Below are positions 10,342 through 20,524 of a stretch of 64,000 bases of DNA, piece after piece. Every line of letters starts with the position of its first letter. The stretch's first letter is position 1. Under the pieces are notes generated by a model. The model made no database searches. It was not told the DNA's origin and saw only the letters and a list, made by a program, of their open reading frames with translations. Position numbers and translations under genes: made by a program. Source of the stretch: Nitrospirota bacterium (GTDB taxonomy: Bacteria > Nitrospirota > UBA9217); assembly GCA_035623825.1 (NCBI GenBank), contig DASPSR010000022.1, forward strand, positions 1-64,000, given 5' to 3'.

Positions 10342-11064
10342 ATGCGAAAAAGAGGTTCGAACATCAGGCATATATCCCATAGGATTGCAGTCCTGTACGA
10401 GGACAAGGAAATCCTCGTAGTGGACAAGCCTGCGGGCCTCCTGACCGTCGCTACCGAACATGAAAAAAAACGCACGGCTCATTCAATTTTAACCGAATAT
10501 ATACGGACAGGGTGTGGACGGTGCCGGAAACGGCTTTTCGTGGTCCATCGTCTGGATCGGGACACCTCCGGAGTGCTCATCTTGGCAAAGAGCGAAGAGG
10601 CGATGTTCCGCCTGAAGGCGAGATGGAAAGAAACCGAGAAGAAATATCTTGCAATCGTTCACGGCACACTGGAAAAGAAATCGGGAACGATCACCAGCTA
10701 CCTGGCAGAAGACGACAATTATACTGTCTATGCAACAACGGACAGTTCAAAGGGTAGGCTTGCTCAAACGGTATATACCGTCGTGAAAGAGAAAAAGGAC
10801 CTGTCCCTTGTCGAAGTGGTTCTGCTGACGGGCAGAAAGAACCAGATACGAGTGCATTTCGCAGGCATCGGACATCCGATTGCGGGGGACACCAAGTACG
10901 GAAAAGAGGATGACCGGCTTCCTCGCATGGCACTTCACGCCAGATCCATTTCTTTCGAGCATCCGTTCAGCGGCAAAAAACTCTCTTTCGAATCAGAAGT
11001 CCCGGATCTTTTTAACCAGTTGTTCGGGCATGAGTGTCAATCGTCTCTTTCGATTAGCAATTAG
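10342..11064 (+). CDS. RluA family pseudouridine synthase
   Basis: VVDKPAGLL, HRLDRDTSG, TGRKNQIRVH, GHPIAGD.KYG, ALHA. Confidence 0.95.
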   Translation: MRKRGSNIRHISHRIAVLYEDKEILVVDKPAGLLTVATEHEKKRTAHSILTEYIRTGCGRCRKRLFVVHRLDRDTSGVLILAKSEEAMFRLKARWKETEKKYLAIVHGTLEKKSGTITSYLAEDDNYTVYATTDSSKGRLAQTVYTVVKEKKDLSLVEVVLLTGRKNQIRVHFAGIGHPIAGDTKYGKEDDRLPRMALHARSISFEHPFSGKKLSFESEVPDLFNQLFGHECQSSLSISN

Positions 11065-11278
11065 TTTATAAGAGAATCGCTCCTCCACGGATTAAACGGC
11101 AATATAGTGCGGCTCGAGAAACAAAAGACAGATTTATGGCCCATTTTATTCTTCGAGTGATGCAATTGCTCCTATTTTTGACGGCTTTTATTACTCGTTT
11201 TATTATGAACGATACGGGAAAAACAGGTTCTGTGCGATTTTCAAATCGTATGCTTCATATGGAGAGGATAGGCCACTG

Positions 11279-11962
11279 ATGGCAGTCAATACTAAATTGC
11301 TTGTTGCACAAATTGCAATCCTGTTTTTGGTCATAGCAGTGGTCTTGTTTCTTCCGGCTGGTACCATCGCTTGGCGTTCTGGCTGGATCTTTTTCGGCCT
11401 TTTTTTGGGTTTTGTCGTTGCCATCACATCATGGCTTTACGGGCATGACCCCGGATTGCTCCAGGAGCGCATGATCGTGTTTAAACCCGGCCAGGAAGTG
11501 TGGGATAAGGTGCTGTATATTTTTATGGAAGTTCTCTTCTTTGCGTGGCTGGGCCTCATGCCCCTGGATGCGGCGCGATTTCACTGGTCGCGGATGCCGG
11601 TTTGGCTTCAGGTTTTCGGCGCAATTATCCTGTTATGCTCGTTCTATCTATTTTTCCTGACCTTTCGTGAAAACCCTTACCTATCATCGGCCGTACGCAT
11701 TCAAAAGGAACGAGGGCAGACAGTGATCTCGACCGGTCCCTACCACTTTGTGCGTCATCCGATGTATTCCGCCTTCATCCCCTTTGTTTTCGGGACCGCC
11801 TTATTGCTGGGGTCCTGGTACGGCGTTCTCTTGGGGCCAATCCTTGTGGTCATCGTTGCGAGACGGGCTGTGCTGGAAGAACGCATATTGAGGAATGGAC
11901 TCAAAGGCTATGACATCTATATGGTTCAGGTGAAGTATCGTCTCATCCCGCGCGTCTGGTAG
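11279..11962 (+). CDS. isoprenylcysteine carboxyl methyltransferase (ICMT/PEMT) family protein
   Basis: ENPYLSSAVRIQ.ERGQ.VISTGPY.FVRHPMYS, EE..L, YRLIP.VW. Confidence 0.9.
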   Translation: MAVNTKLLVAQIAILFLVIAVVLFLPAGTIAWRSGWIFFGLFLGFVVAITSWLYGHDPGLLQERMIVFKPGQEVWDKVLYIFMEVLFFAWLGLMPLDAARFHWSRMPVWLQVFGAIILLCSFYLFFLTFRENPYLSSAVRIQKERGQTVISTGPYHFVRHPMYSAFIPFVFGTALLLGSWYGVLLGPILVVIVARRAVLEERILRNGLKGYDIYMVQVKYRLIPRVW

Positions 11963-12078
11963 GGAGGTTGTCCTTGCCATTGAGACGCTACTCGCTATAA
12001 ATCTGCATGCGAGGTTAGTGGTCATTTTGGGATGGCGTCAAGGGAAGAGCGAGACAGGAAAAAAATTTTGGATCGAAC

Positions 12079-12414
12079 ATGGGTCGTCTGGTTCTCCCCT
12101 TTATGTTGAAACGGATGGAGCATTGGTATCTGGCACTTGTGGCATTCGTGGCGCTCTCCTGCATGGGTTGCGGCACGATCACCACGAGATATGTGGGCCC
12201 GAATTGGAGCCCCCCTGAACCGGCACTGTCGAGAGTCTACAGCGGCGCGGTGTTCGATTTCAGATGCTTCTTGTATCCGAAAATGCACGAGACGCAGGGG
12301 ATAGGAGGTTTCTGTCTGATTGATGTGCCGTTCAGCATCATTGCTGATACCGTTATACTTCCCCTAACAATCTATGAACAAATTAAATACGGCAGCTATT
12401 CGACAAGCAAATGA
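12079..12414 (+). CDS. YceK/YidQ family lipoprotein
   Basis: Lipobox MGC.GTI, VYSG, IDVPFSIIADTVILP. Confidence 0.8.
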   Translation: MGRLVLPFMLKRMEHWYLALVAFVALSCMGCGTITTRYVGPNWSPPEPALSRVYSGAVFDFRCFLYPKMHETQGIGGFCLIDVPFSIIADTVILPLTIYEQIKYGSYSTSK

Positions 12415-12543
12415 GCGCAGGGTGCTTAACGAACTAACTGCGTCCTTGAAGTTGTTTTCCGGTTGAAATCTTGATGAATTTATACAATAATAAACACCGC
12501 GCATAATTCTCGACCTGCGGGGTTTTGAGGAAGGAGTTATACA

Positions 12544-12831
12544 ATGTTTGTTATCTTGGTGAATTATATTAAACCCCTGAGCGAGATCGATGCGCTTTTG
12601 GAGGACCACCGTCGTTTTCTTGACGAAGGCTATGCAGCGGGCTTCCTCCTTGCTTCCGGACCTCGGATACCCCGTACGGGAGGAGTCATCCTTGCCCACG
12701 CCACAAGTGCGGAGGAGCTCAAGGCTTATATAGCCAAAGATCCCTTCTATCGTGCAGGCGTCGCAACATATGAAGTCGTGGAATTCACTGCAGTGAAGTT
12801 TGACCCGAGATTGCAGCAGATTGATGAATAG
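12544..12831 (+). CDS. YciI family protein
   Basis: H..FL....G.LLASGP..PRTGGVILA..DPFY; AGGAG RBS. Confidence 0.9.
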   Translation: MFVILVNYIKPLSEIDALLEDHRRFLDEGYAAGFLLASGPRIPRTGGVILAHATSAEELKAYIAKDPFYRAGVATYEVVEFTAVKFDPRLQQIDE

Positions 12832-13010
12832 ACGGATAGCCTCAGGATCACAAAACCCATTGCAATTTGAATAGGATAACTATTTTTGCACTTGCTGCAT
12901 AATGCTTCTCGGAAAACAAACGTCAATACATTTTTTTGGAAGAAGATCAGTAAGCTGAAATCTCGTAGCGCTAATTTTGTGCTCATCATCGTGCATTATT
13001 AGGATATCAC

Positions 13011-13775
13011 ATGAAAAAACCCTCTGTCACCGGGACACTGAGTAATTTATCAACGCGAGCCATAGTAGAATGTATGCTCATGCTTGTTACGGTCATCATG
13101 TCACTTACCTCATGCGAACACCAATCCGTGCCAAACAAAGTGACGATTGCGGAAAAGATTATCGAAACCTATGGGGGGAGGGAACGGCTGGCGAGGGTCT
13201 TATCGGTTGCTGCCGAGGGCCGGATAACAGCTCTGATACGGGGCGACGAAGGAACATATAAGCGTGCCATGAGAAGGGACGGCAAGTTGTTTGTCGATAT
13301 CAATTATACCCGTTCTACGGAACGAAGGATCCTGAACGGTACAAAAGGTTATCGGGGTATCGGAGGACAGCTCGAGGAAGTTTCTGGACCACGCTATCTT
13401 GCCATGGTCTACCAGTATGATGAACTTAGCCTCCCGTTCGGGTTGCTCGACGACAGCTTAACGGTAGCTGAGCCACGGAGGGACATCCTGAACGGCGCTA
13501 ACGTGCTCGTCCTCAGGTGCACTGATCGCACTGGTAATGATATGGAGGTGTTTGTGAGCGAAGAGAACTACCGCATCGTCAAAAGCATCGGTACTTTTTC
13601 CATGGGAAGTCAGTCAACGAGCTTGAGCTCTGAATTCAGCGACTTTAGAACTGTTGATGGCGTTCTTTTCCCCTTCAGAATTATCAATTACGCTGGCGGG
13701 AACAGAATCGCTGAAATCGTTATTACACGGTACCTGGTCAATCCCAAAATTGACGATTCGCTGTTTACTCCATGA
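13011..13775 (+). CDS. hypothetical lipoprotein (possible LolA-like/outer-membrane sorting fold)
   Basis: Lipobox LTSC; IETYGG.E.L start and C-terminal FSDFRTVDGVLFPF..VNPKIDDSLF. Confidence 0.65.
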   Translation: MKKPSVTGTLSNLSTRAIVECMLMLVTVIMSLTSCEHQSVPNKVTIAEKIIETYGGRERLARVLSVAAEGRITALIRGDEGTYKRAMRRDGKLFVDINYTRSTERRILNGTKGYRGIGGQLEEVSGPRYLAMVYQYDELSLPFGLLDDSLTVAEPRRDILNGANVLVLRCTDRTGNDMEVFVSEENYRIVKSIGTFSMGSQSTSLSSEFSDFRTVDGVLFPFRIINYAGGNRIAEIVITRYLVNPKIDDSLFTP

Positions 13776-13993
13776 CGGGACCAAGGAGAGTCCTGTGTTG
13801 AACAATCAAGCCATAAGGCATTAAACCTTCGTCCTGAAATATTTGATGGTGCGATTTATTAAAACATCCTCTATAAAAATCCTCATCTTTTTTTCTTTCT
13901 ATTTTCAAACAATTCTTTTATACTTTTCACAGCTAGTTACATGAAGCTTCCGGTATGGATTTGTAAATATACAATGAGTGGTGTGGCCTGTCA

Positions 13994-14863
13994 TTGATAT
14001 ACTTGATTACGCCTCGAAGGGGATGTCATTGGCACATGGATCGGGTCCGCTGGCCAGGGTTAACGCATGCAAGAGTAATTTTTAGCCTGCAGATACTGAT
14101 AATAACAATATTTGTTATCCCCGGTTGCGACCTGCAAAACAAAATGCTCTATTACCCCAGTCAATCAGTCCCTTCACAAGAAGCGCTTGCTGCAGATAAA
14201 ATTGCATTCTGGCCCTCAGGTATCGAAGGATATCGAGGCTTTGTCAGCATCGGTCCGGCCAACAGCCGCAAAGGCACAGTAGTGGTTTTCCATGGCAATG
14301 CAGGCACTGCGTTTGACAGAGCGTATTATGTGACAGCTTTAGTACCCCTTGGATTTCGAGTGATACTCCCAGAATATCCGGCATATGGAGGACGGAACGG
14401 AGAACTGGGAGAAACAGCATTCGTGAATGACGCAAGGGAGACGCTGCGTCTGGCACTGGAAAAATTCGGTGGGCCGATTTTTGTGCTCGGAGAATCCTTG
14501 GGATGCGGGGTAGTTGCGTCTGTCGCCAAGGACGCTCCTGTTCCAATCGATGGGATAATCCTTATTACACCTTGGGATACCCTCCTGTCCGTTGCAAAAG
14601 AGAAATTCCCATGGCTCCCGGTCCGTCTGTTCCTGAGAGATAAATATGACACCGTCGGAAATATGAAGGCATTTACAGGGAGGATGGCGGTTGTCGGTGC
14701 CGATCGGGACCAAATCATCCCGATACGGCACGCGCTTGCATTATATGAATCACTGCAGGGGAGCAGGAAGATGTGGATAATTAAAGGGGCCGGACATAAC
14801 GATTGTGCCGAACTCGTGGAGCGATCATTTTGGAAAGAGCTTACTGACTTCATCGCAGGTTGA
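13994..14863 (+). CDS. alpha/beta hydrolase (start uncertain)
   Basis: FHGNAG, EYPAYG, GESLG nucleophile, D.IIP, GAGHND; possible lipobox IPGC. Confidence 0.85.
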   Translation: MIYLITPRRGCHWHMDRVRWPGLTHARVIFSLQILIITIFVIPGCDLQNKMLYYPSQSVPSQEALAADKIAFWPSGIEGYRGFVSIGPANSRKGTVVVFHGNAGTAFDRAYYVTALVPLGFRVILPEYPAYGGRNGELGETAFVNDARETLRLALEKFGGPIFVLGESLGCGVVASVAKDAPVPIDGIILITPWDTLLSVAKEKFPWLPVRLFLRDKYDTVGNMKAFTGRMAVVGADRDQIIPIRHALALYESLQGSRKMWIIKGAGHNDCAELVERSFWKELTDFIAG

Positions 14864-14984
14864 CAGCAGAACGTTGAAGGAATATCTGGCCAGATATACA
14901 GTGGGTGCTGGTTAGTTCATAAAATGGCTCAAAACGTTGTATCCTGTAGCCCCCGATCTTTCGGGATTTTTAAAAGGAGGAACC

Positions 14985-15281
14985 ATGATGAAGAACAGGG
15001 AGGAATACATTGATAAGTTGGCTGCACAGCTTAAGGAGTGGTCCGCCAAGGTCGACGAGCTTGAGACTAAGGCCCGTGCGGCCAAGACCGATGCGAAAAC
15101 TGAGTATGAAAAACAGATCAAGCAAATGAAGGATAAGCGGGATGCCGCAATTCAGAAACTCCAGGAGCTTAAGGGTTCGAGCACAGATGCATGGGACGCT
15201 CTGAAGGCGGGTTCGGAAGCAGCATGGACAGAGCTTAAGAACGCTGTCACTGCGGCGAAAGAGCGGTTCAAAAAGAGCTAA
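14985..15281 (+). CDS. small coiled-coil protein (sll1863-like)
   Basis: REEYIDKLAAQLKEW...AWDALKAG.E.AW.EL pattern; AGGAGG RBS. Confidence 0.8.
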   Translation: MMKNREEYIDKLAAQLKEWSAKVDELETKARAAKTDAKTEYEKQIKQMKDKRDAAIQKLQELKGSSTDAWDALKAGSEAAWTELKNAVTAAKERFKKS

Positions 15282-15382
15282 AGAGAGCCGGGCGCGCAGG
15301 GACCGACCAGGGGACCGAGATAGCCCAATGGGATCGTGGAGGCTTTAATCAAGCTTCATCATCCACATAACGTAGGCATTGT

Positions 15383-16159
15383 ATGGCGATAATCTTGATT
15401 ACAGGATCTGCCGACGGGCTGGGAAAAATGGCTGCTCGGTCGTTGGTTGCAAATGGACACACGGTAGTAGTACATGCCCGCAGTCAAAATCGGGCTAAAG
15501 AAGCACTGCATGCTGTCCCCGGAGCTGAAACTGCTGTAGTCGGCGATCTTTCCAGCATTTCGGAAACCAAACATGTTGCGGAACAGGCAAATGAGCTCGG
15601 CTTGTTTGATGCCGTTATCCATAATGCAGGTGTGGGCTATCGCGAATCCTATCGTATCGAGACGATCGATGGGTTGCCGCAGGTCTTTGCCGTAAATTCA
15701 TTGGCCCCATACCTTCTGACATGCCTGATTAAAAAACCAAGGCGCTTAATATATATTAGCTCAAGCATGCATCGCAGTGGCGACCCTACCTTGAAAGATT
15801 TGACCTGGAATGACCGACCGTGGGACGGATCTGGCGCTTATGCTGATTCTAAATTGCATAATGTCATCCTTGCCTTTGCTGTTGCTCGTAAATGGCCAAG
15901 CGTATTATCTAATGCATTAGAACCTGGTTGGGTGCCCACCAAAATGGGCGGGCCGGGCGCACCAGATAGCCTCGAGGAGGGAGTTAACACGCAAGTCTGG
16001 CTGGCTACAAGCAAAGAAAAGGAAGCCTTGGTTTCAGGACAATATTTTTATCATCAAAAGCGTCGGAATTTTCATCCGGCGGCTGCAGATGCCGTGATAC
16101 AGGAAAGATATCTTTCAGAATGTGCACGTTTGTCCGGAGTTTCATTTCCGATGGCATAG
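15383..16159 (+). CDS. SDR family oxidoreductase
   Basis: ITGSADGLG, HNAG, YADSK, PGWVPTKMGG. Confidence 0.92.
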   Translation: MAIILITGSADGLGKMAARSLVANGHTVVVHARSQNRAKEALHAVPGAETAVVGDLSSISETKHVAEQANELGLFDAVIHNAGVGYRESYRIETIDGLPQVFAVNSLAPYLLTCLIKKPRRLIYISSSMHRSGDPTLKDLTWNDRPWDGSGAYADSKLHNVILAFAVARKWPSVLSNALEPGWVPTKMGGPGAPDSLEEGVNTQVWLATSKEKEALVSGQYFYHQKRRNFHPAAADAVIQERYLSECARLSGVSFPMA

Positions 16160-16211
16160 ACAATGGTATATCCTGTATTCTTAAAGATTACAGAGTCAGG
16201 GAGTGGAGACC

Positions 16212-16943
16212 ATGAATGACTTGAAAGGCAAAATTGGGCTGGTCACCGGGGCCAGCAGGGGCATAGGGAACGCTATTGCTTCGGCACTTGCTCGGGCGGG
16301 AGCCGATGTTGCCGTTAATTTTCGAATCGATGAAAGAGGTGCTCGGACGGTAACCGAGCAGATACGGCGGGAAGGGGCACGGTCAATTATGATACAGGCC
16401 GATGTCTCCTCCCAAACAGAGGTTACAAGGATGGTTGCCTTTGTCGAGAAGGAGCTGGGTCCCATCTCAATCCTCGTAAATAACGCCGGAATAGCCACGG
16501 CGCGAACGATTGATACGATTTCCGAACAGGATTGGGATCAAACCCTTTCCGTCAATCTCAAGTCGGCCTTTCTCGTCATCCAAGCCGTGTTGCCCGGAAT
16601 GCGGGAGCGGCAATGGGGCCGCATCATTAACATTTCTTCAGTAGCGGCGCAGATCGGAGGGATTGTCGGCGTTCATTATGCTGCGTCAAAGGCAGGAATT
16701 CTCGGGATCACCCATTACTATGCCGCGCAGCTTGCGAAAGAGGGTATTACGGTAAATACCCTCTCGCCTGGTCTGACCAGCACGGATATGGCACGGTCCC
16801 TCCCCCAGATCCGTCCCGATATAATTCCAGTTGGAAGATTGGGAACTGCAGAGGAAATCGCGGACGCAGCGATCATGATAATCCAGAACGCGTATATGAC
16901 AGGACAAACGGTGCAGGTAAACGGTGGCCGCTACATGAGTTAA
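16212..16943 (+). CDS. SDR oxidoreductase, FabG-like
   Basis: TGASRGIG, NNAG, YAASK, VNGG. Confidence 0.92.
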   Translation: MNDLKGKIGLVTGASRGIGNAIASALARAGADVAVNFRIDERGARTVTEQIRREGARSIMIQADVSSQTEVTRMVAFVEKELGPISILVNNAGIATARTIDTISEQDWDQTLSVNLKSAFLVIQAVLPGMRERQWGRIINISSVAAQIGGIVGVHYAASKAGILGITHYYAAQLAKEGITVNTLSPGLTSTDMARSLPQIRPDIIPVGRLGTAEEIADAAIMIIQNAYMTGQTVQVNGGRYMS

Positions 16944-17133
16944 TCTCTGGAAAAAACGCTAGACTCTCCGTCTGGCCTCAAGGATCAGTATGACAAGGAG
17001 CATATTGAACATTCAGCTATAATATGTTTCTCCCGGCTGACAATGACCTTTCCTTTGTGATTTCCGGAAAAGCCAAGAAGTTCTTTTTCATAGAGACTAG
17101 CTGCTTTAAACGATAAGCTATGGGCAAAAAACC

Positions 17134-18729
17134 GTGAATAAAAGGCCTGCAGCAATAGCCGTCGCAATCGGCATACTACTTTCCCGCATCATGGGGCTTG
17201 TGCGAGAGCGCGTTTTCGCTCATTACCTCGGCAACTCCGACGCCGCGGGCGCTTTTCGGGCCGCTTTGCGAATCCCCAATCTTTTACAGAATCTTTTCGG
17301 GGAAGGAGTGCTCTCTGCCTCGTTCATCCCGGTATACGCCAAGCTGCTGGCGGAAGGGAAGGAGGAAGAGGCTGGCCGGGCCGCTTCCGTCGTCCTTACG
17401 CTTCTTGTGTCCGTGACGGCATTGCTCGTGATCATAGGCGTAACATGCAGTCGGCCACTTATCGAGATCCTTGCCCCCGGATTTCACGGTGAGGTCCGGG
17501 AACTGACCATCAGAATGGTTGCTATCATGTTTCCCGGAACGGGACTCCTTGTGCTGTCAGCATGGTGCCTCGGTGTACTGAACAGTCACCGGAAATTCTT
17601 TCTCTCCTACGTCGCGCCGGTGCTCTGGAATTTGGCCATCATTGCAGTTTTGGTCGGTATTGGCGGATACTATCTGGCAAATCGCTCCCAGTCACAGGCA
17701 CAGCTTGTCATCTGGGTAGCGTGGGCGACAGTCATTGGTGCGGCGCTTCAATGGGGAGTGCAGTTCCCCTACGCCCTAAAGCTTAACGGCTTGTTCACGT
17801 TTTCGCTGAAAACCCGGCTGGCGCCCGTGCAGAAGATTATAACCAACTTCACGCCGGCGGTGGTCACTCGGGGGGTTGTGCAGCTGTCTGCCTACATAGA
17901 TCAAGTTTTAGCTAGCTATTTGGGACCCGCATCGGTCGCGGCCATGGCTTACGCCCAGACTATCTATACTCTTCCGGTGTCTCTGTTCGGAATGGCGATA
18001 TCTGCGGCCGCACTGACGGAGATGTCAAGAACCACCGGAACAAAAGTGGAAATTGTCCGGGAACTGGAAGCCCGGCTGACCGTCGGGACCAGGAGGATGG
18101 CATTTTTCGTTGTTCCGTCAGCCGTGGCGTTTATCGTCTTGGGCGATGTCATCACAGCTATGCTTCTTCAAACAGGGCACTTTGGAGGATCGGATTCGCG
18201 TTTCGTCTGGTTCATATTGGCAGGGAGCGCAGTAGGACTAGTGGCCACCACACAATCCCGCCTCCTCATCTCGGCCTTCTGGTCACTTGGCAACACCAAG
18301 ACACCGATGGGCATTGCATGTTTCCGTGTTGCTTTAACGGCCCTCTTGGGTTTCATTGTGGTGTTTCCCATGCGGTCCTTCTTTGCGTTGGATGCCGTAT
18401 ACTGCTCCGCTTCACTTACCGCATCTGCGGGTGTCGCCGGTTGGATCGAGTTTTTGCTTTTCAGATACGCTCTTTCTGCAAAAATCGGCCAATTCAAGCT
18501 CGGCGGCCGGATGATACTCGAGCTTTGGGGCATAGCCGTTGTCTCCGCCGCCATCGCCCTGGGAGCAAAATTTTACCTCCTTGGATTTCACGTCATTATA
18601 CGCGGGGTGGCCGTACTGGGACTTTACGGACTGCTGTATATTGGCGGTGCTACTGCAGCAGGAATCCCGGAAGCAGTGGAAGCGATTCGTCTGATAAGGC
18701 GTTACCTTTCAGGCACGAAGTGGAGGTAA
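17134..18729 (+). CDS. murJ: lipid II flippase MurJ (MviN)
   Basis: SRIMGLVRE, RIPNLLQNLFGEGVLSASFIPVY, LPVSLFG; about 14 TM helices. Confidence 0.93.
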   Translation: MNKRPAAIAVAIGILLSRIMGLVRERVFAHYLGNSDAAGAFRAALRIPNLLQNLFGEGVLSASFIPVYAKLLAEGKEEEAGRAASVVLTLLVSVTALLVIIGVTCSRPLIEILAPGFHGEVRELTIRMVAIMFPGTGLLVLSAWCLGVLNSHRKFFLSYVAPVLWNLAIIAVLVGIGGYYLANRSQSQAQLVIWVAWATVIGAALQWGVQFPYALKLNGLFTFSLKTRLAPVQKIITNFTPAVVTRGVVQLSAYIDQVLASYLGPASVAAMAYAQTIYTLPVSLFGMAISAAALTEMSRTTGTKVEIVRELEARLTVGTRRMAFFVVPSAVAFIVLGDVITAMLLQTGHFGGSDSRFVWFILAGSAVGLVATTQSRLLISAFWSLGNTKTPMGIACFRVALTALLGFIVVFPMRSFFALDAVYCSASLTASAGVAGWIEFLLFRYALSAKIGQFKLGGRMILELWGIAVVSAAIALGAKFYLLGFHVIIRGVAVLGLYGLLYIGGATAAGIPEAVEAIRLIRRYLSGTKWR

Positions 18730-18767
18730 CCTTTATCTCGAAACCGGGGGAATTACCCGGCAAAGCT

Positions 18768-20408
18768 TTAGTTCGAATCTTTGAGCTGAAAACAGAAGGG
18801 GTCTTTGCTTACGAAGACATTCAGGCCGTGGCTGTAGGCGCTGGCCAGACACCCGCCGCAGACCGGACGGACCATGCAAGACCGACACTCAGCGCTGCCC
18901 AAACGGTAATGCTGCGCCTGTTCCGAGTCGTAAATATTGGCAATACCCTGACGATGAATGTTACCGATGGGAGAGGGGAATTTCCGACAGGCATGGACCT
19001 CGCCGTCGGCGAGAAGGGTAATGAAGTTGAAGGCCGCACCGCAGCCGTAGCCGGTGCAGCCGCCGAACGGGGCATTACGGCGGTCTCGGCGGATGATGTT
19101 GATAAGATTATCCTTGATTCCCATAACGGGATTGTTGCAGGCCGCATCGAGATAGGATTCAAGAAAAGCGCGGTATGTTCGCACATCGGGCAATTTGAGG
19201 TTTGCACCCTCGCCGACCTTGGAGAGCCGGCTAAAATGAAAGACGTCAGCCTTGTCTCTGAGCACCTCGGCAAGCGTAAGCACTTGGCCGATATTCTCGC
19301 TCGTCAGTGTAAGCATGACCATTGACGATACCCCGAGTTCCCTCAGCACATCCAGGAACATCATGACCCGATCAAAATGACCGTGGCCGCGGATGGCGTC
19401 ATTGTGATCCCTGAGCCCCTCGAGGCTCACCTGGTAAAAGGACGGCATGTGGATCTCAATCAGCTCGGCGATCCTCTCCCGCGGCGCGGGGTTGCCGAGG
19501 ATGGCCAGGGCAAAACCACGCTCGGCGGCTGCGCGATAGATCTCCGAAAACTCAGGATGCAAGAGAGGGTTCCCCCCGGTAAAAGAGACCGCTCCTATAA
19601 CGTGTCTGCTGTTACAGAAAAGACGAAGTTCGTCGAGTATGCGGACTGCGCTGCTGAACGTTATTGGCGTTCGGGTGCTGCGGTCATAACAGTGTTTGCA
19701 GTGCAGGTCACAGGCCTGTGTGATATGCCATTGAAGAGTAAAGGAGGGCGAGGTCAGGTACAGCTCGGGAATGCTGTTTTGACTGCGAAAAAATTCAGGA
19801 TCCCGCCGGAGGCGGGACCGCGGCATGAGCAGGAGACCGCTTGCACCGGCACGATAGAGGGCGTTATCCACTGCCCCCACGGGCAATCCGCCCTGTGCCG
19901 CAACGGCTTCCGGAGCTATCCCCTCAACAACCATTTTGAGGACAAGAAGGTCTTCGTCCGTTGCAGGCCGTGCCATTACGCGCCCGGAAAGAGCATGATA
20001 CCAGAGGATGACCCGCTCGGCCTTTTGCGAAGGATGGATGTCGGAAAACTTGAGATGCCTGTGGAGAAATGATGTAAGATTGCTCCAAGATAATTCAAGG
20101 ATTCGCAGCGTCGGGTTGACGCTCGGCAGTTCTACTTCCCTCGGGAGGGATCCCTTGCTCTCCTCTACGGAGGCATGAACCTCCTCGAGACGGGCAAGAT
20201 CCTGCAAAAAAGGGGGAATCGAGCCGTCTTTATTCGGGCTTAATACGGTCGAAAGGGTGCGCGAAACAACGGCTTTTGACTCCCGTGAGGAGAGACGTAA
20301 CCACGCAGCCTTACCCAGCATATCCCGACATGCACGATATAGGGTCTCTGGTCCATTGGCGATCATATAATCCGTCAAGCCTGGGAGAGAGTATCCCGGG
20401 AATGTCAT
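18768..20408 (-). CDS. sbtM: thio(seleno)oxazole RiPP radical SAM/SPASM maturase (selenobiotic family); start may be 20366
   Basis: FTLQWHITQACDLHCKHCYDR (CxxxCxxC), FTGGNP, GGCTGYGCGAAFNF, SPASM cysteines CRSC..VCGGC..DPFC; long N-terminal extension; adjacent precursor gene. Confidence 0.88.
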   Translation of the reverse strand: MTFPGYSLPGLTDYMIANGPETLYRACRDMLGKAAWLRLSSRESKAVVSRTLSTVLSPNKDGSIPPFLQDLARLEEVHASVEESKGSLPREVELPSVNPTLRILELSWSNLTSFLHRHLKFSDIHPSQKAERVILWYHALSGRVMARPATDEDLLVLKMVVEGIAPEAVAAQGGLPVGAVDNALYRAGASGLLLMPRSRLRRDPEFFRSQNSIPELYLTSPSFTLQWHITQACDLHCKHCYDRSTRTPITFSSAVRILDELRLFCNSRHVIGAVSFTGGNPLLHPEFSEIYRAAAERGFALAILGNPAPRERIAELIEIHMPSFYQVSLEGLRDHNDAIRGHGHFDRVMMFLDVLRELGVSSMVMLTLTSENIGQVLTLAEVLRDKADVFHFSRLSKVGEGANLKLPDVRTYRAFLESYLDAACNNPVMGIKDNLINIIRRDRRNAPFGGCTGYGCGAAFNFITLLADGEVHACRKFPSPIGNIHRQGIANIYDSEQAQHYRLGSAECRSCMVRPVCGGCLASAYSHGLNVFVSKDPFCFQLKDSN

Positions 20409-20524
20409 CTACGGTCTTGCTCGACGCTCCCGGGATCGCGAGAACGAAACTGTTTCATGCATTTGGCATTGCGAGAGGCTGGCGCCTCCCTTATGTTCTT
20501 GGTTCTTTGATAGTGCAGACTGCA

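Noticed and set aside
17134-18729. murJ as exporter for the Sbt peptide
   Set aside because: Convergent orientation and a canonical lipid II flippase sequence; adjacency is probably incidental.
18318-19325. 335-aa plus-strand ORF
   Set aside because: Overlaps murJ out of frame and sbtM antisense; no recognisable motifs.
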